From IMG/VR virus record IMGVR_UViG_3300046096_000285, positions 1 through 64,000 of that record: 64,000 nucleotides of DNA; one strand, written 5' to 3'. The number at the start of each line of letters is the position of its first letter. Position 1 is the first letter of the stretch. Positions 51,047 through 58,254 of the stretch are shown here, in pieces. The stretch comes from a virus. A model generated the notes under the pieces. It was not told where the DNA came from, did no database searches, and saw only the letters and a program-made list of their open reading frames with translations. Made by a program: the position numbers and the translations under genes.

Positions 51047-51291
51047 ATAGACTTACCTAGCGCGGGCAACTTCGCTAGGTGGGAGAGAACCGAGTAACCC
51101 CCTTGCTCGTGCGACTCCGAAAGAGCCAGACACTAATCCCCTTGTGTCTGGTTCTTTTGTTTCTACGGTGCTATTCATTTTTTCAGCAAGACTCCCCCGG
51201 GCGTGTCGATTTGCGCCACCCTGGTTGGGGTGCTACAGTTGATACTGTAGTCAGGAAGCAGATAGCGGAGGGCTACACGCAAGGGGAAGAA

Positions 51292-51627
51292 ATGTCTTCA
51301 ATCATTACTGTTCCAGTTCAGTTCCAGGCCGAGGACTTCTGGAGTGAAATCATGGGTTCAGCCTGGGAGACCTGGGACTGGTGGGTGACCCTGGACTACA
51401 GCCAGGGCGCGTCCTGGGACAAGGTTGGCGAAATCACCGTTACATCCTGGGACGGCGAGACCGAGGGCGAGACCCTAGTCACCAAGACCCTCACCATCCA
51501 GGACCTGGCTGAGTCTTACGGCAAGTGCCTGGCCGAAGGGTTCCGAATCAACATCCACGACCTGGACGCCGGCCAGGGCGACGTCATCCTTCAGATGGCA
51601 ATGTTCGGAGAAGTCGTCTACGGATAG
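51292..51627 (+). CDS. cassette gene, acidic hypothetical
   Basis: start MSSIIT after AAGGGG; DAGQGDVILQMAMFGEVVYG. Confidence 0.8.
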   Translation: MSSIITVPVQFQAEDFWSEIMGSAWETWDWWVTLDYSQGASWDKVGEITVTSWDGETEGETLVTKTLTIQDLAESYGKCLAEGFRINIHDLDAGQGDVILQMAMFGEVVYG

Positions 51628-51664
51628 TTTCACCAGGACGCCCCTCGGCAGAAATGCCGGGGGG

Positions 51665-51715
51665 TTTTCCACAGCCTGTGGAAAGTTATCCACAGACTTA
51701 TCCACATGTGGATAA
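51665..51715. promoter_or_regulatory. cluster of DnaA boxes
   Basis: TTATCCACA at 51686 and 51698, TGTGGATAA at 51707 (perfect); TTTTCCACA at 51665 and TGTGGAAAG at 51677 (near). Confidence 0.85.
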
Positions 51716-51860
51716 CTTTTTTTGGAGAGGTCTATTCATTTTTTCGTCAAACGACACGCACTTACGGAGACGATTTGACAGCTGCCAAAAACCCGAGTAG
51801 GCTTACTAATGTAATCAGGAAGCCAAGGGGGCGGAGGGTTACTGAAGGGGTGGGGTTCCA

Positions 51861-52199
51861 ATGGGACTTCTTATCAGCGTGTATCGGTCGGACTACGACA
51901 GCAAGGCAAATGTTTTCCACGGAAAGCGTCAGCTAGTTCTCGTGAATGTCGAAGGGCCATTCCAGCCATCAGACAACGCACCAGCTGCCAAGTTGGTTCA
52001 GGGTCACGGTAAGACCGCAATCATCGTGCCAGCGGACGAAGGCTTTGACGGCGTTCAGATGAACGGCGGAACTTACGGCTCAACCAGCGACAGTCGCTTT
52101 CAGCGAGCCGTAGAGGGACTAGTCGGAGTCTCACACTTTGCGGTGGCAATCCACGACCGTCGTGAGTCGTGGGCGGAATACGAGCAGTTCAGCCAGTAG
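51861..52199 (+). CDS. cassette gene, hypothetical
   Basis: MNGGTY.STSDSRF...VAIHDR. Confidence 0.8.
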   Translation: MGLLISVYRSDYDSKANVFHGKRQLVLVNVEGPFQPSDNAPAAKLVQGHGKTAIIVPADEGFDGVQMNGGTYGSTSDSRFQRAVEGLVGVSHFAVAIHDRRESWAEYEQFSQ

Positions 52200-52354
52200 G
52201 CAACCAAGCGAAAGGCTCACCCGAAGGGGTGGGCTTTTTTCTTGCTCGTTAGTCTATTCATTTTTTCATCCGGATGCGGGGAAGCTTGCGCGGTTCGTTG
52301 GAAGTTGGTAAAGTTGGAGTATCAACCAGATTGGTTGAAGATAAGGGGCTTCAA

Positions 52355-52702
52355 ATGGAAAAGATTGGTTTGGTAGTGGACTCGGAGTTCACCGCGTCTG
52401 TGACCAGGTTGTCACTCAAGGAACTACAAGCTGCGGTCGATGGTCTGATTCAGCCGATTGACATTCGCGAGGGCTTGACTATGTGGGTAAACGAGGAGTT
52501 CTTGTTTCGCTCAGAACCAGACGCAAACGTTTTGGCTAGTGCGTTCTTCGCTGAGGCTGGTGGAAAGTATGACATCCACGGAACTGTCGTCTTCACTGGT
52601 GGCACGGATGAGGATGGCAACACTCTCGGGCTGTCAGACGAGCACCGCGAGTTAGTGGAGTCGCTCTGTAAGTTCGGGATTGGCGTTCGCGAAATGGCTT
52701 AG
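52355..52702 (+). CDS. DUF3846-like protein
   Basis: LKELQAAVDGLIQ...MWVNEE...N.LAS...I.GTVVFTG..DEDG. Confidence 0.8.
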   Translation: MEKIGLVVDSEFTASVTRLSLKELQAAVDGLIQPIDIREGLTMWVNEEFLFRSEPDANVLASAFFAEAGGKYDIHGTVVFTGGTDEDGNTLGLSDEHRELVESLCKFGIGVREMA

Positions 52703-52874
52703 ATTTCAAAAAAGGAAAGTCCGGCTTCGGTCGGGCTTTTTCTTTTTCTCGGGGCTATTCATTTTTTCCTTCAGCTCGCAGACAACACACGGAAGTTCGT
52801 GGGAAGTTGCGTAGGCAGGGCGTTTCGATTAGGCTTAGGTCATAAGCCAAATGGTTTGGCGAAAGGGGATTCAA

Positions 52875-53108
52875 ATGGCAACCAAGAACGCGAACGCAGA
52901 TTTCGTTTTCGAACTCGTTATGAAGATGGCGGGCGGGGCGGACAAGTATTCAATCCACACTCAGGGCGCAATCTGGGCTGAGTGTCAGCGCAACTCATCA
53001 CTACAAACGCTAGCGGGAATGTATCTCGTTGGTTCATCAGCACGCGCAGAGAACAACCTAAAGAAGTTGCGCTCTGCCGTTTACTCAACATTCCTAGAGA
53101 GGAACTAA
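52875..53108 (+). CDS. cassette gene, hypothetical
   Basis: GAAAGGGGATTCAA-ATG. Confidence 0.7.
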   Translation: MATKNANADFVFELVMKMAGGADKYSIHTQGAIWAECQRNSSLQTLAGMYLVGSSARAENNLKKLRSAVYSTFLERN

Positions 53109-53110
53109 TA

Positions 53111-53338
53111 ATGGCAATGTCATACGGAGAGCGTAAAGCGCAAGCAATCGCTAGGCGTAATGCGGAACTACTCACGCGAGATTCTATGTTGGAGATTCGC
53201 AGTATTCTAAGTCCAATGCCCTACGCGCCTAAGTCGGTGCTAGAGGGCGTGCCGTTCGTAATAGAGAACTTGACCCCAATGGAATTAGATGTGGAGTTCG
53301 TGGGCGACACAATCACAATCAAAGAAGCGGTGCGCTAA
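53111..53338 (+). CDS. cassette gene, hypothetical
   Basis: GAGG RBS, MAMSYGE. Confidence 0.65.
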   Translation: MAMSYGERKAQAIARRNAELLTRDSMLEIRSILSPMPYAPKSVLEGVPFVIENLTPMELDVEFVGDTITIKEAVR

Positions 53339-53467
53339 TGCGGGCGTGGCACTTGCTCAAGTATCGAACTTGGCGCGTGGTCGGTTCGCTGGCGTTCGGT
53401 CTGTATCACCGCTCTGCTCAATGGTCTCACGAAGCGTTCGTGCGGGCTGGCAAGTCTGGTGCGGACA

Positions 53468-53635
53468 ATGACTAGGGGCGAGAGTCTGGCTGTTCTTTTA
53501 CGCTCGGTGGCTGGCGGTCTGGGATTTGTCTGGCTGTTTGGTTTTGCCGTTGGCTGGCAAGACCCTGTATCGCCGTTCGTTGTTTCCACACTTGCCGTTG
53601 GATTCTTGTGGGGTGCGTGGCGCGTGGGTCGTTAG
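53468..53635 (+). CDS. cassette gene, small two-TM protein
   Basis: MTRGESLAVLL...GFLWGAWRVGR; below track cut-off. Confidence 0.5.
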   Translation: MTRGESLAVLLRSVAGGLGFVWLFGFAVGWQDPVSPFVVSTLAVGFLWGAWRVGR

Positions 53636-53775
53636 TGACCCCGCGTTCGCGCTTGCGTGCGGACTATTCATTTTTTCCCTAATCCCCCTGCGGGCACACG
53701 GATGATTTGACTTTCATTTGCGGAGTAGGGTAGGCTAGTCGTAGACCAGCCAAGGGGGCTGGGGAGAGGGGCATC

Positions 53776-53925
53776 ATGATTCACATCTTCTGTGCGGACT
53801 GCGACGGCTGGGACTCGTTCCCATCTGGCGGGTCACACAACTGCGAGACCGTCGAGTTCGTTACCAACCCATCCGCTGGGTTCATCGGTGGCGACTGCTG
53901 GTTCGGGGACGACTCGGACTACTAG
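53776..53925 (+). CDS. cassette gene, small Cys/Asp protein
   Basis: GAGGGG RBS; CADC. Confidence 0.55.
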   Translation: MIHIFCADCDGWDSFPSGGSHNCETVEFVTNPSAGFIGGDCWFGDDSDY

Positions 53926-54119
53926 GCGAAAGCCTAGCCAACCCCTCACCTTCGGGTGGGGGGTTTCTTTCTGTTCGTGAGAAGTTGTCTGTGCGGGAGT
54001 GCTATTCATTTTTTCCCTAGGCGACACGCTTGCGGGGGGTATGATTTGACTTTGCCGGAGGATGTGTTAGGCTAGTCCTAGGACAAGCCAAAGGGGCTTG
54101 CCAGAAAAGGGGATTCAAA

Positions 54120-54290
54120 ATGTTCGGTCAGACTTTCTCAGGAATCGAAATCACTGTTCGCGAAGCAAACGGCTCAATCGTATGTGCGCCAACCTACGAA
54201 GCACACACCACGGCGAAGCAGTTGGAACTTATCAACGCAACCAAAGCAATGCTTACCGCTGGTCGCTCAATCACTTGGCGTTTGTTCTAA
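54120..54290 (+). CDS. cassette gene, small hypothetical
   Basis: AAAAGGGGATTCAAA-ATG. Confidence 0.6.
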   Translation: MFGQTFSGIEITVREANGSIVCAPTYEAHTTAKQLELINATKAMLTAGRSITWRLF

Positions 54291-54465
54291 GCCAACTTCC
54301 AACGAAGCCCGTCACCTCGGTGGCGGGTTTTGTTTTGCCCTGTGGGTCTATTCATTTTTTCGTCAAGTCGGGCATGCGGGTGACACGATTTGATTCGCGC
54401 ACCGTAAAGTGCTAAGCTCATGGGTAGAGCTTCAAAGGGGGGCTCAATAGTTCAAAGGGGTATTT

Positions 54466-54615
54466 ATGTTTGGGTTCAACGAGTGCGCACACTCTGAGTC
54501 GGAATCGTATGGCACTAGCCAGATTCATTGGGATGACCGCTCTGCGGGTATCGGCTGGGTTCAAGCTCCGTGCGCTGAGTGCGGGGAATCGCTAACATGG
54601 GTTATCAACGCATGA
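54466..54615 (+). CDS. cassette gene, small hypothetical
   Basis: AAAGGGG RBS; CAEC. Confidence 0.5.
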   Translation: MFGFNECAHSESESYGTSQIHWDDRSAGIGWVQAPCAECGESLTWVINA

Positions 54616-55358
54616 GCGCCCTGCTAGCAACCCGCGAGACTACTGCGGGCATTATCGCGGGGATGCTTACCGAAAACACTGGTCGGAGCTTCCTAGACTC
54701 TGGGGGTGAATCGGGACGTGCGTGGCAGAGAAACGCGGGCATGACCGTGGCAGACTTTGAAGCCCGCCCTGCGGGTACCTATGACGCTGAGTATGAGACG
54801 CTTACGGTAGACACATTCCATTACTTGAATGAGCTACTAACCTTTGACGCTGAGCGCACTGCGGAATGGGTGACCTTTGACGCTGAGCGGTCGCACCTAT
54901 CGTGGGGCGAAACTTTGGATGAATGGCTTGACACTCTAGGCGTCCCTGCCGAAGGGGGTGGGGATTTTTACTCTAACGCGCGATGGGGATTCAACAGCTA
55001 CAACTTTGATGGGTGTTTGCTGAGCTCCACGATTCAGGGCGTCAAGTTTGTCTCTGCGGGCACTGAGTACCTAGCCCTTCAGATTCATGGCGGGGCTGAC
55101 GTGCGGGGCGGTTACACGGCATTCAAGATTTTCACTGGAGACATTGAATCAGTGATTCTCGGGACTACTCGCGCAACCCTGCGATGCCCTGAGTGCGACT
55201 TTTATGCGGGCTACTCCGATGGCATGTTGGAAGATTACTACCTAGGTGACGCGCTAGCTGACCCGAACATGTTGATTGAGATGGATGTGCCTACGGAGCT
55301 CCCTGCGGGATGGGCAATCTCTGACGGTTGCCCTTTGCATAAGGTCGCTCTGGTTTAG
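54612..55358 (+). CDS. cassette gene, hypothetical
   Basis: MLTENTGRSFLDSGG...RAWQRN...LQIHGGADVRGGYT; ATGA coupling. Confidence 0.8.
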   Translation: MSALLATRETTAGIIAGMLTENTGRSFLDSGGESGRAWQRNAGMTVADFEARPAGTYDAEYETLTVDTFHYLNELLTFDAERTAEWVTFDAERSHLSWGETLDEWLDTLGVPAEGGGDFYSNARWGFNSYNFDGCLLSSTIQGVKFVSAGTEYLALQIHGGADVRGGYTAFKIFTGDIESVILGTTRATLRCPECDFYAGYSDGMLEDYYLGDALADPNMLIEMDVPTELPAGWAISDGCPLHKVALV

Positions 55359-55527
55359 CTCTACTCGGGAACCCCTGCTTCGGCGGGGGTTTTCGCATGT
55401 GCGGGGGAGCTATTCATTTTTTCCTGCTCTGCAACGAGTGCGGGCGTGATTTGACAAGTTTCGAATAGCTGATAGGATTTAGTCATAACTAAATAGCTCC
55501 AATTAACCGACAACCAAAGGGGACAAC

Positions 55528-55770
55528 ATGTCAACAGCAACAACTACCGCTAGCTTCTTCGTGCTAGCCGTCTCAACCAAGGGTGAGCTGCGCTTCACCC
55601 GTGGCAACAGCTTCGTTACTCGCGGTGCTGCAACCTTCGAAGCTTCTCAGAGCAACAAGCTCACTGAGCACCTTCGTGCTCAGGGATGGGACACTAGCTA
55701 CAAAGTGTTCTCTGCCGATGAGCTCAACGCCCTGGGTGCGCTAGGTATTCGCATCGGTGAAGCCTACTAG
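55528..55770 (+). CDS. cassette gene, hypothetical
   Basis: AAAGGGG RBS. Confidence 0.7.
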   Translation: MSTATTTASFFVLAVSTKGELRFTRGNSFVTRGAATFEASQSNKLTEHLRAQGWDTSYKVFSADELNALGALGIRIGEAY

Positions 55771-55896
55771 GCACACGCTCAAAGATGACCCCGCCATCGT
55801 GCGGGGTTTTCTTTTTGCTCAGGGGTTGCATTTATCTTGCGGGGCATGTATGATTGACTTATCAAGTCAAGGTGACTTGGAGATAAGGGGTTCAAA

Positions 55897-56109
55897 ATGA
55901 AAACACGTAACGCACGCGCATGGAGCGCAATCTTTATTCTTGGCATGGCAGTAGTCGGCGCGGTCGACTTGAACAACATCCAATCAGCTGACGATGCCAG
56001 TGAATTCTTTGGGTACGTTGTCGCTGTAGACGTGGCCATGTTTGCGGTAGGCCTAGCCCTGTTCGCCTACAACATCGCAACCTTCAAGCGTTCAAAGGTA
56101 GGTGCATAA
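55897..56109 (+). CDS. two-TM membrane protein
   Basis: GATAAGGGG RBS; two hydrophobic helices. Confidence 0.7.
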   Translation: MKTRNARAWSAIFILGMAVVGAVDLNNIQSADDASEFFGYVVAVDVAMFAVGLALFAYNIATFKRSKVGA

Positions 56110-56342
56110 TGACGCACGCGGTGTTGATTGAAGATGCACTTACGGGTGACCTTCTTGACCTTCGTTACTACTGCTCTGATTCATGCGCTCAGGATGACGT
56201 GGCCTACTCAGGATGGAATGGCTGCATTGAGCTCATGTTTGGGCAAGTGTGTGAGCGTGAAGGGTGTGAGAGCATCCTGCATGGCGTGAGCGAGTGTGTC
56301 TGCTCTGACGCTTCGTGTGTCGGGTCTCTGATAGACGTCTAG
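56109..56342 (+). CDS. Cys-rich small protein
   Basis: YYCSDSCA; TAATG coupling. Confidence 0.65.
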   Translation: MTHAVLIEDALTGDLLDLRYYCSDSCAQDDVAYSGWNGCIELMFGQVCEREGCESILHGVSECVCSDASCVGSLIDV

Positions 56343-57307
56343 CCCCTAAGCATCCACGTTAGCCCCTAGCTCAGTGCTAGGGGTTTTCGTATGTCTGCGG
56401 GCACCTTATCCCTGCGGTGACCTTATAGGGGCGTCTCAGGGCGTATAGCCCCCTGCGGTGACAACTATCCTGCGCTCAGGGTTGCACGCTCTGCCACGGG
56501 TCTCTCTAGCCACGTGTGCCCCTATGCACTAGCGGGCGGGGTGTAGCTAGCTCATGCTCATGAGTAGGTTGGTACCTAGGCATGGGCATGCTTATCACTG
56601 GAGATTCTGAGCATGACCTTTGTCTAGCCATGACCGGGCGCGTGAGCTATCGATTGATGAGAGCATGAACAACAAGCAACCCTTCATGGGTAGCCGCTAG
56701 CGAGACGGGCATTAGGCGTGTGCATGAACACCTAGGCATGATAGGCAGCCATAGAATCCATGAGCGTGCTCACCTTGTCGCTCACGTGGCTAGGGGTTGT
56801 TGGCGTAGGGTGTAGGATAGGCATGCTTCTCAAACGGGCATGTATCAATTTGGAAAACATGCTTGACTTTGGTCGCGGGTTATGGTAGACTACTCCATCT
56901 TTTGGCGTGACGGACGGTGCTCCACGGCCGATTCAGGAAACGTTTCGAGAGGGGTCGATTTATAGCTGCTGCCCTCTCGCACCCCAAAAGCATTTCAACG
57001 TCAACCTTACCCTAGTGCCGTCGGTTGTCAAATTCCTCCTTGAATTCTCCTACCTTAGACGCCCCTATTTCTAAAATCCCCCTCCACAAATTTTCAAAAA
57101 ATACGTCCCAAGTTGCATCACGACCAAAAATCCGACATAATAGACGCAGTTATTGTGCTACCATATTTAAACGGGAGCGCATTCAGCCACTAAAAGGTTG
57201 GATGTGCTTTTTTGCATCTCTGACAAGTACCACCCACAATTAAATAAGAAACACCAAGACAAGAAACAGCTGAGTACTAACTCTCACCAGGAAAGGTAGG
57301 CTGCCTA

Positions 57308-57925
57308 ATGAAATGGATTTCATTTCTACTCACCGCATCAACCGCAGTAGGAGCCCCAATGGCCCCAGATCTGTCTGATGCAGCTCTAGTAGAGCAAATT
57401 TCTACAAATACAATGACAATAAGCACCTCCGCTACACCAAAGCAGCTATCTAGTGCAAACTTTTTAGCTAATCTGCCAGCCCTAAAGGCTAAGCAGACAC
57501 TCCTTGAGCAGCAGGCAGCCCATGCGCAGCTAGTTGAGCTCAATAACCAGAAGATGGCTACCGCCCTAGAACGTCTCAAAAAGACTGTTGGGCACACATG
57601 GTACGCCTTCTCCGGTGCCTCTCCCTCAGGTTGGGACTGTTCAGGCCTCGTTGTCTGGACTTATGAGCAGGTTGGAACCTCTCTGGAGCACCGAGCCACT
57701 CTCCAAGCCAATACCGGCGTTCAGACCACCTCACCACTGCCAGGCGATATTGTTGCCTTCACGTATAAGGGATCTAACTCCGCATATCACGTTGGCATTT
57801 ATATTGGAGACGGTAAAATGATCCACGCCCCTAAAAAGGGCCATGTTACTGCCATTGAAGATATTGGAACCTTCGGCGGAAACTACTCCATCATTGAATT
57901 CAGGCGTATCCTTACGCGTGAATAA
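57308..57925 (+). CDS. NlpC/P60 peptidoglycan hydrolase with signal peptide
   Basis: GWDCSGLV, PGDIV, HVGIYIGDGKMIHA. Confidence 0.92.
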   Translation: MKWISFLLTASTAVGAPMAPDLSDAALVEQISTNTMTISTSATPKQLSSANFLANLPALKAKQTLLEQQAAHAQLVELNNQKMATALERLKKTVGHTWYAFSGASPSGWDCSGLVVWTYEQVGTSLEHRATLQANTGVQTTSPLPGDIVAFTYKGSNSAYHVGIYIGDGKMIHAPKKGHVTAIEDIGTFGGNYSIIEFRRILTRE

Positions 57926-58035
57926 CCACCTCTAAGGTAAGCCAACCAAGCATTGCCTACCAGAAGTAAAGTCCTAGGGCCGACTATAAAGGGCCCTATT
58001 TCCATTCCCCGGGCAACATATGCTATGATAACCTC

Positions 58036-58254
58036 ATGATGACTACACAAGACAAGTATTACTACGTTCTACTAGGCGTATTGCTCACGCTTTCCCTAGT
58101 ATCTATCGCCATTTCCGCCTATTATCTGGCCCATCACTATGCCCGAAAGAGGCTAGCTGCCCTCCAAAAGAAGCACATTTCCGCCCTTTTAGGCGTAGCT
58201 TCCCCAGAAACTATCAAATACCTAGCCAAAAAGGATAAAAATGCCCGTTTTTAA
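58036..58254 (+). CDS. small membrane protein
   Basis: single TM; leaderless. Confidence 0.65.
   Translation: MMTTQDKYYYVLLGVLLTLSLVSIAISAYYLAHHYARKRLAALQKKHISALLGVASPETIKYLAKKDKNARF

Larger units (their letters stand above)
38387..55423 (+). repeat. dispersed invariant 13-mer TATTCATTTTTTC, 22 copies
   Basis: starts at 38387, 38408, 43169, 44320, 44902, 45991, 46551, 47007, 47590, 48332, 48875, 49384, 50085, 50538, 51172, 51733, 52255, 52756, 53665, 54003, 54349, 55411; all intergenic and on +. Confidence 0.97.
38448..55478 (+). promoter_or_regulatory. series of about 23 sigma70/SigA-type promoters, one per cassette
   Basis: e.g. TTGACT-17-TAAGTT (38448), TTGACT-17-TAAAGT (44943), TTGACT-17-TACTTT (47640), TTGACA-17-TAAGAT (48916), TTGACA-17-TAGGCT (51775), TTGCGC-17-TAAAGT (52286). 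Confidence 0.88.
44281..56387 (+). terminator. series of intrinsic terminators closing the cassettes
   Basis: GC hairpin + T run at about 44282, 44850, 46506, 46965, 48284, 48789, 49342, 50046, 50489, 51123, 51640, 52212, 52716, 53940, 54305, 55369, 55788, 56360. Confidence 0.85.

Noticed and set aside
38387-55423. CRISPR array or classical integron interpretation of the repeats
   Set aside because: Repeats are 13 bp, spaced 0.3-4.8 kb apart with whole genes between; no cas genes, no attC-type palindromes and no tyrosine integrase in the window.
57160-57307. c-di-AMP (ydaO) riboswitch upstream of NlpC/P60
   Set aside because: Common in that context in actinobacteria, but the conserved motifs are not recognisable here.
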